In this document: positions 8,608 through 18,694 of the stretch, in pieces
How positions within the stretch are numbered: position 1 is the stretch's first letter
Layout of the letters: each line of letters opens with the position of its first letter
Source of the DNA: an uncultured Gammaproteobacteria bacterium
Lineage (GTDB): Bacteria; Patescibacteriota; Microgenomatia; Levybacterales; UBA12049
Length of the DNA stretch: 64,000 nucleotides
Assembly: GCA_964521295.1 (NCBI GenBank)
Contig: CAZFRF010000001.1
Coordinates: 206,146 to 270,145, forward strand
Reading direction: 5' to 3'
The notes under the pieces: generated by a model
Told to the model about the DNA's origin: nothing
The model's database searches: none
The model's input: only the letters and a program-made list of their open reading frames with translations
Made by a program: the position numbers and the translations under genes

Positions 8608-9862
8608 CTTTTGATCTAAGTTTTTTGTGATAAGTAATTGCGAATCTATGCGCCTCATCCCTTATTTTCATAATCATAAGTAGTGCTTTAGAATCTTTTG
8701 GTAGCTTTATTTCTTGTAAGTCACTTGTAATAATTGTCTCTTCTCTCTTAGCTAAGCCAATAACCGGAATATTAACTTGTAATTTATCGAGTATTTCTTT
8801 TGCGCTTGAGACTTGGCCTTTGCCACCATCGATTAAGAATAAATCAGGTAATTGCCAAGAATTATGAAGTCTTCGTTCAATAACTTCTTTAATCATTCCA
8901 AAATCATTAGGTAGATTATTAAAATCGCTTTTTATTTTGAATCGTCTATATTGAGATTTATCTATATTGCCGTTTGTCAGGACAACCATAGAGGCTGTTG
9001 GATTAGTTCCTTGAGTATTTGAAATGTCATAACATTCAATTCTGTCTAGTTTTTTTACCCCTACTCCATTGGTATTTAATATTTCAATTAAAGAATTTAG
9101 TTGGGAAAAAATTACATCATCTTTTAAGTTAGGATTTTCCTCATATTCAAATGGTTTATAAAAAGGACTAGTGATTAGTTTAATTGCGTCAATTTTAACT
9201 TGAAATTTTCTTGCTTCTTCAAAATCTTCATTTTTACTTAATCTTTCTCTTTCTTTTTCTAAATCTTTAATAACATTTTTTGATTTACCATTCATAAAAT
9301 CAATAATGTGTTTTATGGTTTTTGTGTAATTGATATCATTTGTTACTTCAGGACAAGGACAAAGCCCTAAATGATTATATAAGCAAATTCTATTTCCATG
9401 ATTTATAACTGATTTATAGGGAAAGATTTTACGAAGTAATTTTAAAACAGTTCTTAAAGACGTCGCACTGGTAAATGGGCCAAAATACAATGCCTTAGAA
9501 TCGTCCATTTTTCTAACTACTAAAACTGCTGGATATTTATCTTTATAATTTATTTTTAAATAGGGAAAAGATTTATCATCTTTTAGAAGAATGTTGTATT
9601 TGGGTTTATGTTTCTTAATTAATCTTTCTTCAAGTAAAAATGCTTCAATTTCTGAAGTTACACTGATAGTTTTTATTTGCTTAATCTGCTCTACGAGGGC
9701 TTTGGTTTTTTCGCCTAAATCTTTATTTAGAAAGTAACTAGAGACTCTCTTCTTGAGGTTTTTTGCTTTCCCACAATAAATTATTCTCCCTTCTTCGTTT
9801 AAAAAAAGGTAGATGCCTGTATCCTGCGATAATGATCGATAGTCCGAAGATTGTACTAACAA
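8594..9862 (-). CDS. uvrC: Excinuclease ABC subunit C (UvrC), short form lacking the C-terminal (HhH)2 domain
   Basis: GIY-YIG motif GIYLFLNEEGRIIYCGKAKNLKKRVSSYF, Cys-rich segment, and the RNase-H-like endonuclease block ending DEAHRFAITYHKKLRSK. The protein stops about 8 aa after the block, where other UvrCs carry about 100 aa of HhH. The TTG start at 9862 overlaps the upstream gene by 125 nt, so the start is uncertain. Confidence 0.8.
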   Translation of the reverse strand: MLVQSSDYRSLSQDTGIYLFLNEEGRIIYCGKAKNLKKRVSSYFLNKDLGEKTKALVEQIKQIKTISVTSEIEAFLLEERLIKKHKPKYNILLKDDKSFPYLKINYKDKYPAVLVVRKMDDSKALYFGPFTSATSLRTVLKLLRKIFPYKSVINHGNRICLYNHLGLCPCPEVTNDINYTKTIKHIIDFMNGKSKNVIKDLEKERERLSKNEDFEEARKFQVKIDAIKLITSPFYKPFEYEENPNLKDDVIFSQLNSLIEILNTNGVGVKKLDRIECYDISNTQGTNPTASMVVLTNGNIDKSQYRRFKIKSDFNNLPNDFGMIKEVIERRLHNSWQLPDLFLIDGGKGQVSSAKEILDKLQVNIPVIGLAKREETIITSDLQEIKLPKDSKALLMIMKIRDEAHRFAITYHKKLRSKATFY

Positions 9863-11621
9863 CTATAGTTCCTCCTATTAAAAATTGAATATTTAAGAAA
9901 AATGGAACAATCTGAATATTCTTATATATACTTTGATTGTTAACTGCAATTCTAATTGTATCTGATAATTTTGTCAAAAAATCTGTCTTGTTAAATTCAA
10001 TTGGTATTTCAATTGATCCATAAGGTGGGAGTTTTGTAATCTGAATTGCTTGATTGTTTGGAGTTAGATTATCAGCAAATACGGTTAATTCATTTGCAGT
10101 AAATGCTCTGCCACTTGTATTTTGAATTGTAACATTTCCCTTAATAGGTAATCCTGCTGTTTGAATGGTATTTAGATTAATTGTAGTTTTAACTTCTACA
10201 TTTTTAGGAGTAAATTCAGGGGTAATTTCAACATTTACATCTTTTGAATTTAAATCTTTTTCAAACTTATAGCCTCCTGCGGGTACAGGGTAATTACTTT
10301 TTGTCCCATTAATTGCAAATGTAAAATGATCAAAATCAAGTGTGTTAAAGTAATCAACGCCATTCGTTGTATTTCCCCAAGTAGGATCAATCATTACCCA
10401 GGTGTTTTTAGTTGAGTCATAATATTGAGGCCAGGCGTGTAGAATGTCTTTAACAAGAGACAATGGTCTTTGTCCAGAATTATCTGTGTAGGCATAGCCA
10501 CTAACTGCTCTAGCTGGAATACCCGCTGCTCTAGCAAGAGTTACAAATAGATCTGTAAATTCTAAGCAAACAGCTGAATTTGGATTTTCTAGTGTTTTAA
10601 TTGCACCAAGTCGTGGGCTATTTGATTCGATTCTTGAGAAATCATATTTCAAAGTATCAACAATATAGTTATAGATTGCTTCAGGAGTTTTTAAATTTTT
10701 AGCTAATTCTTTAATTTTTGGGTCATTAGTTTGCCAAAAATCTGCGCTTTTTAAATATTCAGCTTTTTGAGCTGGATCAAGAGCTTCAGTTTTGGGATGT
10801 AAATAGATTTTAGCTTGTCCTAATACTTTAATATTTACTTTTTTCGAAGGAGCAAGGGTATATTGAGCAAGCCAATTGCCATCTTTATCGCTGTATACAT
10901 TGTCGGGTTTAGGATAAATCTGATCAATAGAAATTTCTTGGTAGTTGGTATCTGGTGGCAGGGCGATTTCGGTTTTAACTTTAAACAAATTTGTATTTTG
11001 TAGATGATAGGTTAAATTAAAGCTATAAACTTGAAAATCTCCGAAAGCTAAAGAAATACCTGAATCTCCTAGCTCGTCTTTACTAAAGTTGATTTCGTTT
11101 TCGGTTGCATTTTCAAGCGCATTCGTTATTTGAGGTTTAATAAAAGTTGGCTTACCAAGTTTGGCTGGATATTTAACTTTGACATTGAAATGGGAAAAAT
11201 CATTGTCACTTGATATTCCTGGAATATTAACGTCCCAGACGTTGTGCAAATCAGATGCAATTTCTCTAGTTATAAAGCTAACATTAAAAGTTAGTTTCTT
11301 ATTTAATCCAACTACTCTACTGTTAAAGGGAATTGTTAATAAGCTACCCGTGTCTGTTTGTTTAACAGTAGCATTTATTTTTCCATCATTGTCCGTTGCT
11401 GTCAAATTACGAATGTCTTTAAATCCAACCTGAAGACTATATGAAGAGGCATAATAATTTTCGGTGGTATTGGTTAGGCTGACATTTAAATTAACTGTTG
11501 TGTCTGAAGAATTGCCAATATTATAAGTAACATTATAATCAGTTGAAAATTTATCAGCTGCAAATGATTTAGGGGTTAGGAAAACAAATAATAAGAAAAT
11601 AATTAAGAGTATTTTCTTCAT
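9738..11621 (-). CDS. Secreted/surface transglutaminase-like domain protein with C-terminal TM anchor
   Basis: Signal peptide MKKILLIIFLLFVFLTPKSFA. Transglutaminase-like Cys-protease core CLEFTDLFVTLARAAGIPARAVSGYAY with downstream His and Asp blocks. C-terminal TM helix plus basic tail. Confidence 0.7.
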   Translation of the reverse strand: MKKILLIIFLLFVFLTPKSFAADKFSTDYNVTYNIGNSSDTTVNLNVSLTNTTENYYASSYSLQVGFKDIRNLTATDNDGKINATVKQTDTGSLLTIPFNSRVVGLNKKLTFNVSFITREIASDLHNVWDVNIPGISSDNDFSHFNVKVKYPAKLGKPTFIKPQITNALENATENEINFSKDELGDSGISLAFGDFQVYSFNLTYHLQNTNLFKVKTEIALPPDTNYQEISIDQIYPKPDNVYSDKDGNWLAQYTLAPSKKVNIKVLGQAKIYLHPKTEALDPAQKAEYLKSADFWQTNDPKIKELAKNLKTPEAIYNYIVDTLKYDFSRIESNSPRLGAIKTLENPNSAVCLEFTDLFVTLARAAGIPARAVSGYAYTDNSGQRPLSLVKDILHAWPQYYDSTKNTWVMIDPTWGNTTNGVDYFNTLDFDHFTFAINGTKSNYPVPAGGYKFEKDLNSKDVNVEITPEFTPKNVEVKTTINLNTIQTAGLPIKGNVTIQNTSGRAFTANELTVFADNLTPNNQAIQITKLPPYGSIEIPIEFNKTDFLTKLSDTIRIAVNNQSIYKNIQIVPFFLNIQFLIGGTIVVSTIFGLSIIIAGYRHLPFFKRRRENNLLWESKKPQEESL

Positions 11622-11639
11622 TAATCCTATTATATACGA

Positions 11640-14525
11640 TTAACTGAGTCTTTTGCTTAAAAATTTACCAGTATATGATCTTGGGTTTGCGGCAATGTCT
11701 TTGGGAGAACCAATTGCTACAATTTCTCCACCCTTGGCTCCACCTTCTGGTCCTAGGTCAATAATATGATCAGCGTTTTTAATAACTTCTAAGTTGTGTT
11801 CAATAACTACAACTGTATTACCAAGGTCCACTAATTTTCGTAAAACATCGAGTAATTTCTCTAAATCAGCAAAGTGCAAACCAGTTGTTGGCTCGTCTAA
11901 GAGATAAAGCGCATTTTGACCCTTTTTAGAAAGTTCGGCTGCAAGTTTTACTCTTTGTGCTTCTCCACCGGAAAGAGTTGGAGCTGATTGTCCAAGTTTA
12001 ATGTATGATAATCCAACATCATTTAATGTTCTTAATTTATGTGCCAAAACAGGAACATTCATAAAAAAGTTTACAGCTTCCCCAACGCTCATAGCAAGTA
12101 CATCGGCAATGCTTTTACCGTTATATTTTATTTGCAATGCATCTTCGTTATATTGCAGTCCATTACACACTTCACAGGTTACATACACATCTGGTAAAAA
12201 TTGCATCTCAATTTTAATTTTACCTTCTCCTTCGCAGGCCTCACATCTACCACCTTTTACGTTAAATGAAAACCTACCAGGACCGTAGCCTTTAATTTTG
12301 GCTTCTTTGGTTTTAGCAAATAAATCTCTAATATAATTAAATGCTCCTATATAGGTTGCAGGATTACTTCTGGGTGTTCTTCCAATTGGAGATTGATCAA
12401 TCATGTAAATATTTTTGATATTTTCAAATCCAGACATAGTTTTATACTTTCCTGGTTTTTGTCTATGATATGGGTTATTTTTCTGCATTAAAGCGTGATA
12501 CAAAATATCATTTATAAGAGTTGATTTTCCACTTCCAGAAACCCCTGTAACTAAAACCAATTTGTGAAGTGGAATTTTAATTGTTACATTTTTTAAATTG
12601 TGTTCTGTTGCACCTTCAAGTACGAGATTGTCAACTGACTCATTTTCTTGCTTATCCTTATTAGATGCAGATTTGATTACTTTTTTGCCTGACAAATATT
12701 GTCCGGTTACTGAGTTTGGATCTTTTTTAAGTTCTGCTACTGTTCCATGGGCGATAATCTTACCACCGTTTTCGCCTGCTGCTGGACCAAAGTCAAAAAT
12801 ATAATCTGATTCTTCCATTGTTTCTTCGTCGTGTTCAACTACTAAAACAGTGTTGCCTAAATCTCTTAATTTTTTAAGAGTATCAATTAGTTTTTGATTA
12901 TCTCTTTGATGTAATCCAATTGATGGCTCATCTAAAACATATAAAACACCAGTTAAGCCACTACCAATTTGAGAAGCCAGTCTGATTCTCTGCGCTTCTC
13001 CTCCAGCTAAAGTTTGTGCGCTTCGAGAAAGTGTTAAGTAATCAAGTCCAACGTCGATTAAAAAAGAAAGTCTTTGTTTAATTTCTTTAAAAATAAGCTT
13101 AGAAATAAGTTGTTCTCTTTCACTTTGATTTTTAAAAGTTAAGTCGATAAAATCTAAAGCTTGCGAGATTGGTAGATCTGCAACTTCAACAATTGATTTA
13201 TTCTCAATAGTTACTGATAATGCTTCTTTTTTAAGTCTTGCTCCGTTGCACTCTGGGCAAAGTTCGTTACGCATAAATTTTTCAATTAAAGAGCGCATAA
13301 ACATAGAATCTGATTCTAGATGTCTTTTTCTTAAATCCGCTAGAATTCCTGAGAAACTTTCAGTAATTGTTGTTTGTCTTCCCCATCTATTTTCACCCTC
13401 TACTAAATATTGTTTGGTTCCAGTGCCATTTAACAAAAGTTCTTTGTCTTGGATTTTCATTTCTCCTAGCTTTTTATTTAAGGGAATATTATTTTCTTCA
13501 CAAAATGTTCTAAAGGTTCTGGAAAACCAAGTGTCATGAGAGAGTAAATTAAAATATGGGGTTATTCCTCCTTCTGCAATTGTTAAGTTGTCATTAAAAA
13601 TTAAGTCCTTATCGACATTTAGAATAGTTCCCAAGCCGTTACAGGTAGGGCATGCGCCATGAGGAGTATTGAATGAGAAAATTCTTGGTTCAACTTCAGC
13701 TATAAAGATATTGCAGATAGGACAGGCAAATTTCTCAGAAAAAAGTTGATCTTCCATTTTTTTAGGTTTGTCGGGAATTTCAAAACCTTCATCTTTTATC
13801 TCAGAAACAATTATTTCTCCATTTCCTAGCTTAAGTCCTTGTTCAACGTCAGTTGAAATTCTCGACTTATCTGTATCTTTAGTTAAAACAACTTGATCAA
13901 TTACAGCCTCAATTGTGTGCTTATTGGTTTTGATTAATACGAAGTCATCATCAGTATTAAAAATTTGTCCATCAACTCTAACCTTTTTGTAGCCGCGTTT
14001 TTTTAAGTCAACAAACAGCTCAACATATTCTCCTTTTCGATCTTTAACTATTGGTGCAAGTATTAAGAGTTTTAAATTTCTAGCATTTCGTTTATTTAAT
14101 AAATCAGTTACTGCGTTAGTTATTTGTTCTTTAGACATTCTAGTAATTTCCCTACCACAATTAGGACAATGTGGGTGGCCTACTCTGGCAAAAAGAAGTC
14201 TTAAATAATCATAAATTTCTGTTACAGTTCCAACTGTAGATCTAGGATTGTGGGATGTAGATTTTTGATCAATAGATATGGCTGGAGACAAGCCTTCAAT
14301 TAAATCCACATCTGGCTTTTTCATTACTCCTAAAAATTGCCTGGCATAGGAAGATAAACTTTCAACATATCTTCTTTGTCCTTCAGCATAGATTGTGTCA
14401 AAAGCAAGTGAAGATTTACCGCTTCCAGAAAGTCCTGTGAAAACAACAAGCTTTCCTTTTGGGATTTCTAAATCAATATTTTTGAGGTTATTTTCCCTTG
14501 CTCCTTTGACAATAATTTTATCCAT
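11640..14525 (-). CDS. uvrA: Excinuclease ABC subunit A
   Basis: 961 aa with two ABC ATPase modules (GLSGSGKSSLAFDT, GVSGSGKSTLIND), LSGGE signatures and zinc-finger cysteines in the UvrA arrangement. Confidence 0.97.
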   Translation of the reverse strand: MDKIIVKGARENNLKNIDLEIPKGKLVVFTGLSGSGKSSLAFDTIYAEGQRRYVESLSSYARQFLGVMKKPDVDLIEGLSPAISIDQKSTSHNPRSTVGTVTEIYDYLRLLFARVGHPHCPNCGREITRMSKEQITNAVTDLLNKRNARNLKLLILAPIVKDRKGEYVELFVDLKKRGYKKVRVDGQIFNTDDDFVLIKTNKHTIEAVIDQVVLTKDTDKSRISTDVEQGLKLGNGEIIVSEIKDEGFEIPDKPKKMEDQLFSEKFACPICNIFIAEVEPRIFSFNTPHGACPTCNGLGTILNVDKDLIFNDNLTIAEGGITPYFNLLSHDTWFSRTFRTFCEENNIPLNKKLGEMKIQDKELLLNGTGTKQYLVEGENRWGRQTTITESFSGILADLRKRHLESDSMFMRSLIEKFMRNELCPECNGARLKKEALSVTIENKSIVEVADLPISQALDFIDLTFKNQSEREQLISKLIFKEIKQRLSFLIDVGLDYLTLSRSAQTLAGGEAQRIRLASQIGSGLTGVLYVLDEPSIGLHQRDNQKLIDTLKKLRDLGNTVLVVEHDEETMEESDYIFDFGPAAGENGGKIIAHGTVAELKKDPNSVTGQYLSGKKVIKSASNKDKQENESVDNLVLEGATEHNLKNVTIKIPLHKLVLVTGVSGSGKSTLINDILYHALMQKNNPYHRQKPGKYKTMSGFENIKNIYMIDQSPIGRTPRSNPATYIGAFNYIRDLFAKTKEAKIKGYGPGRFSFNVKGGRCEACEGEGKIKIEMQFLPDVYVTCEVCNGLQYNEDALQIKYNGKSIADVLAMSVGEAVNFFMNVPVLAHKLRTLNDVGLSYIKLGQSAPTLSGGEAQRVKLAAELSKKGQNALYLLDEPTTGLHFADLEKLLDVLRKLVDLGNTVVVIEHNLEVIKNADHIIDLGPEGGAKGGEIVAIGSPKDIAANPRSYTGKFLSKRLS

Positions 14526-14587
14526 AGTCGAAGCTATATTATAGACTAAAAAATTAGATATGAAAAGAGTAGTAGTTGAGCTAAGGC

Positions 14588-16204
14588 TTATTTTGCGTAG
14601 GCTTGACTTAAAGCTCCAGCGGACTGAGTCACCTCAATAATATTATCAGCGTCTCTTGCATGGAGAACAGCAATTGATTCTGCTCTTTGAAAAACTAGTC
14701 CAATAGCGAGTTGTCCTCTAAGTCTTGATATCTCACTAGTCATTGATGGAACACTGGTTCCTAAGTCTCTTACACCGGTTTCACCTTCAACATATTTTGG
14801 CCTACCTACGGCATCAATAGAGTCTTTGAACCATTTAGCAGAAACTGAAGCTTCTCCTCCGTAAACCATATAATATTCGCCATTTAATTCAAAAACATAT
14901 TTTCCGCCTAAGCCTTCCCAACTTCTACCTAATTCTCCTGGCTTGGAGACAAACGATGCGCCCAGAGCAAAGGCAGTAATAATATTTGTACCTACTCCTC
15001 CACCTTCAACTCCAACAGGAATACCAATTTCACCACGTCTTAGATCATATAAAAGATTAGGAGTATTAACTGGAATATTGGCATTAACTGAGGTTGTGCA
15101 TTGACTTCCTCCTGCAACTCCAATGATTAATGCATCAGCTCCTGCTTGTTCAGATCTAAGTGCTGTTTTTGCATCCATGATTTGTCCACTAATAACTTTA
15201 ACGGTATCTTTGCCATTAAAAAGTCTCTTTATCTCTTTAGTCGTATGGACAATTTCCATTCCGCCTTCCGGGGAATAGACTCTAAACATTCTACAGCCAA
15301 CTTTATATAAAAGCTGAGCTCGTTTAATCGCTTTTGAATTGCTATTTACTCCATCAAAATCTGCTTCGACTGCAGCTCCAATATTATTTATCCAAGAGTT
15401 TCTAAGTGCAGAAAAGTATTGTTTTGTTAATTTGTCTTTATCTATTTTTTTGGAATTTAAACCTTGTAAGTCTGCAAATACTTTTAGATGCTCAAGCTTT
15501 GGTGTCATTTCTTTGGGAAGTTCTACTGTTTTTAAATAATTAATTATTTCTTTAATAAGTTCAGCTTGTTTTTCTGGATCTGACAAAAACTTGTCTCTAG
15601 ATACAAATGCCATACCATTAGACATGGCAATTGTGGCATAGCTTAAAAAGCTGCCGACATCTGGAACTGATCCTAGGGCAAAAGGAATTCTGGCTTGACC
15701 CATAATTACACTTTCGATTCCACTATCAATTCGTTTTCTACTTTGCCTACCATTAACTGGTTCTGGAGCTGTAATTTTTAGGTCGTCAAAGCTGGATACT
15801 TTACCATGGGCTTCTTGTCTATCCATAACTCTTGATCTTCCAGGAATGGGAGCTATAAAAGGATGATTTTTAGCAAGCTCTAATCTAAATAGAAATCTTT
15901 CGGGCATGTTCCAGCGAGTTAAATCATATGATCTTTGTTCTCTTATCTTTTGAACTTGGTTTTCAGGGATTTTAATCAGTTTTGCTCCTTTAGGAATGTA
16001 GGGTAAATCAAATGGACTTAGTCTAGGTAAATTGCCCATTAGGAAAGAATTTAAATTGAAATCCTCTTTAGTAATTTCTGGTTGTAGATCTTCTGGGATG
16101 TAGTTTTTAAGAAGCTCTAGGCTTTCTTCCACTTTTTTAGCTACAGGAGTTCTTGGGTGTTCTTCTGGAAAAGGAATAAAAGATGATAACTGTTTTCCTT
16201 TCAT
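14588..16204 (-). CDS. IMP dehydrogenase/GMP reductase-family protein with a 130-aa N-terminal extension and a non-CBS insert
   Basis: Catalytic TIM-barrel blocks: FDDLKITAPEP...IPFALGSVPDVGSFLSYATIAMS, active-site loop GVAGGSQCTTS (cf. GIGPGSICTTR), IPVGVEGGGVGTNIITAFALGAS (cf. ADGGIRYSGDIAKALAAGA), and SRLRGQLAIGLVFQRAESI (cf. GGLRSSMGYTGA). The CBS pair is replaced by an unrelated roughly 110-aa segment. Confidence 0.75.
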   Translation of the reverse strand: MKGKQLSSFIPFPEEHPRTPVAKKVEESLELLKNYIPEDLQPEITKEDFNLNSFLMGNLPRLSPFDLPYIPKGAKLIKIPENQVQKIREQRSYDLTRWNMPERFLFRLELAKNHPFIAPIPGRSRVMDRQEAHGKVSSFDDLKITAPEPVNGRQSRKRIDSGIESVIMGQARIPFALGSVPDVGSFLSYATIAMSNGMAFVSRDKFLSDPEKQAELIKEIINYLKTVELPKEMTPKLEHLKVFADLQGLNSKKIDKDKLTKQYFSALRNSWINNIGAAVEADFDGVNSNSKAIKRAQLLYKVGCRMFRVYSPEGGMEIVHTTKEIKRLFNGKDTVKVISGQIMDAKTALRSEQAGADALIIGVAGGSQCTTSVNANIPVNTPNLLYDLRRGEIGIPVGVEGGGVGTNIITAFALGASFVSKPGELGRSWEGLGGKYVFELNGEYYMVYGGEASVSAKWFKDSIDAVGRPKYVEGETGVRDLGTSVPSMTSEISRLRGQLAIGLVFQRAESIAVLHARDADNIIEVTQSAGALSQAYAK

Positions 16205-16299
16205 ATAAATCCAAAAGGTATTCTACACCATATTTTTGGGTAAATCTATAAGATTTTTAAATCTTGAAAACTTAGGCTAAAACACCTATATTCTTTGCA

Positions 16300-17241
16300 G
16301 TGAGAAGACGCAGAAAATCCAATTTTGGCAAACTAATTTTTTTTCTTTTTGTAGTAATATTATTACTTTTTGGATTATTTAAAATTAATGGTAATAATAA
16401 AATGCAATTGGCCAGTGGCGTTTCGTCTCCGTTAAGTAAAACTGCTGTTTTGGGTGAAAGTGTTAAAACAAATATTTTTGCAAATGACTTGGAAAATTAT
16501 CTTAAAAAAATTAAAAGTGTTGATTTAGATAATCAAGGAATTGTTGCAATCAATCTGAAAACCGGAGAGGAAGCAAAACTTAACTCGACAAAAGTATTTC
16601 CAGCAGCGAGTTTATATAAACTGTGGGTGATGGCAGTTGTTTATAAACAGATTGAGTCTGGAAACTTATCTTTAAAAACAAATCTTACCAAAACAGTTAG
16701 TGAGCTAAATGCTGAATTTAATTTAGATAAAGATACAGCTGAAAAATCTAGCGGAACAATCTCAGAAACAGTTGAAGAAGCATTAACTAAAATGATTACA
16801 GTATCTGATAACTACTCCGCCCTCTTATTAGTAGACTTGGTGGGAATAAATAGTATTAAAAAGTTTTTAATTGAAAATGGCCTAAATAATTCTCATGTTT
16901 CTCAAAATGGAAATCTTCCTGAGACTACTGCTTATGATACAGCTCTTTTTTTCTACAAACTTTACAATGGAGAGCTTGCCAACAGCGTTACAAGCGTCTC
17001 TATGATTACCTTGCTCAAGAAACAAGTACTTAATGAGAAAATCCCCAATTATTTGCCTAAAAGCCTTATAATAGCCCACAAGACAGGTGAAATTGATAAC
17101 TACAGTCATGACGCTGGCATTATCTATACGCCTGATACGAGATATATTTTAGTAGTTCTTGCTAAATCATCCTCAAGAGATGCTGCCAATGAAGATATTG
17201 CTGAAATTTCTAAAAGAGTCTATGAATATTTTGAAAGATAG
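16300..17241 (+). CDS. Class A beta-lactamase-like serine hydrolase (membrane-anchored)
   Basis: N-terminal TM anchor. SxxK motif ASLYK, SDN motif VSDNYSA and KTG motif AHKTGE at the expected spacing. Confidence 0.7.
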   Translation: MRRRRKSNFGKLIFFLFVVILLLFGLFKINGNNKMQLASGVSSPLSKTAVLGESVKTNIFANDLENYLKKIKSVDLDNQGIVAINLKTGEEAKLNSTKVFPAASLYKLWVMAVVYKQIESGNLSLKTNLTKTVSELNAEFNLDKDTAEKSSGTISETVEEALTKMITVSDNYSALLLVDLVGINSIKKFLIENGLNNSHVSQNGNLPETTAYDTALFFYKLYNGELANSVTSVSMITLLKKQVLNEKIPNYLPKSLIIAHKTGEIDNYSHDAGIIYTPDTRYILVVLAKSSSRDAANEDIAEISKRVYEYFER

Positions 17242-18655
17242 ATTATTAATTTTGGCTTCAGTAATTTCGTTTATTTTCTTTATTGCTTTTGCTTTAGATT
17301 TATCCCCAATATTAAGAGGACCAACGGATCCAATTTTTGAATCACATTGGCCATATTATTTTGTAAACACAGTCAGTAAAATCTGGTTTCCTTTATTTAC
17401 ATCAGTACTCATTCTAGTTTTTTATCTAATTTTTGAAACAAGAATAAATAAATTAAATTTAAAAAAAGAATTGTTATTTTTAGGAGCTATAATTATTCTT
17501 TTATTTGTCTTTCAGTTGTCTTTGGTTTATTTTAGCCGTTTTGGGATAGGAATTCTTTTTAGAAGAATTGCTGATCCAGGAATTAATGGATATTTTACTG
17601 CAGCGCTGCATATACAAGGAGTATCAGATTTCTTATTTCAGTATCCTCGTCTTTTAATAACATCACTTCCTCAGCACTCAAGAGGTGATCCGCCCGGACC
17701 AATTCTATTTTTTTATTTAATTATTAACTTTTTTAAAGCGTACCCATTTTTATATGAAGGAATAATTAATAATTTAAATAGTAGCGTTAATGATTCCAAA
17801 GCTTTATGGGTAAGTCTACAAGATTATCAAAAATTCTCAGCTTTATTTTTAGGTTTTTTCATGCATTTTATCTCTGCAGCTGTCTTAATTCCTTTTTACT
17901 TTCTTTTAAAAAACTTAACCACTAAAATAGTAGCCTTAAGAGGTGTTTTAATCTTTGGTTTAATGCCAAGTTTTACTTTTTTCCCACTGTTTTTTGATCC
18001 TTTTTATGTTTTATTTCCCATACTTACATTTTTATTTTTAGTCTTAGGGTTTAAAGGAGAAAATTATAAGTATTACTTCTTGGCAGGTCTAAGTTTATCT
18101 ATTGGTTTATTTTTTAATTTAGCCTTTTTACCCTTATTTTTATTTTTAGCAATACTTTTTGTATTTATTAAATTGAAAGAAAGAATAAAAATCTTACTTA
18201 GTTTTAGTTTCGGACTTATCGTTGTCCCCTTCTTACTGTTATTTGTTGGCTATAATTCTTTATATTCAGGGTTAGTTTTACTTCAATCACAAACTCCAAG
18301 ATCATATTTTGAATGGGTAATTTACAACCCTTATGATGTGTTTGTTTTTATGGGGATTCCTGTAACACTACTTTTTATATATGTTAGCTATAAAATATAT
18401 AAAACTGAGAAATTTATCTATCTAAAAAAAATCTTAATTGCATTTTGGATTATGTTTGTAGCTCTTGTTTTATCTGGGACTAGTCGAGGTGAAGTTGGTA
18501 GGATATGGATTTTTTTAATGCTTATTCCAGTTGGAATACTTTCTTATTTTTTAACAGAAAAACTGAATTATTCAAAAGCTAAAATCTCTTGGCTTTTAAT
18601 ACTACTAATTATCCAATGTCTAGTGTTAGAAGAATTTTGGGTCCCTATTTGGTAA
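17222..18655 (+). CDS. Polytopic integral membrane protein (function unknown, possibly GT-C-like)
   Basis: At least 12 hydrophobic helices. The track ORF starts at 17159 inside the upstream gene. The in-frame ATG at 17222 (MNILKDRLLILASV...) gives an overlap of about 20 nt and is the likelier start. Confidence 0.55.
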   Translation: MNILKDRLLILASVISFIFFIAFALDLSPILRGPTDPIFESHWPYYFVNTVSKIWFPLFTSVLILVFYLIFETRINKLNLKKELLFLGAIIILLFVFQLSLVYFSRFGIGILFRRIADPGINGYFTAALHIQGVSDFLFQYPRLLITSLPQHSRGDPPGPILFFYLIINFFKAYPFLYEGIINNLNSSVNDSKALWVSLQDYQKFSALFLGFFMHFISAAVLIPFYFLLKNLTTKIVALRGVLIFGLMPSFTFFPLFFDPFYVLFPILTFLFLVLGFKGENYKYYFLAGLSLSIGLFFNLAFLPLFLFLAILFVFIKLKERIKILLSFSFGLIVVPFLLLFVGYNSLYSGLVLLQSQTPRSYFEWVIYNPYDVFVFMGIPVTLLFIYVSYKIYKTEKFIYLKKILIAFWIMFVALVLSGTSRGEVGRIWIFLMLIPVGILSYFLTEKLNYSKAKISWLLILLIIQCLVLEEFWVPIW

Positions 18656-18694
18656 CTACTTGCAAATTAATTTTTAACTCTTTAATATAAATAC

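Noticed and set aside
12001-13539. Three + strand ORFs (95, 68 and 97 aa) inside uvrA, and similar antisense ORFs inside many other genes (for example 1325-1510, 2130-2336, 3902-4093, 5122-5373, 11161-11433, 15339-15539, 22281-22622, 27723-28121, 29291-29527, 32580-32819, 35141-35362, 39589-39828, 40273-40500, 42857-43060, 52409-52594, 60413-60628, 61475-61702, 62006-62376, 63468-63659)
   Set aside because: They lie fully antisense within, or nested in, well-supported genes. They are low-complexity and Ser/Leu-rich, which is typical of spurious ORFs in AT-rich DNA.
14526-14587. Palindrome CTATAtTATAG upstream of uvrA, considered as a second LexA box
   Set aside because: Its spacing differs from the lexA-proximal GTATA-N3-TATAC and it resembles a generic TATA-rich -10 region. 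This is insufficient to call an operator.
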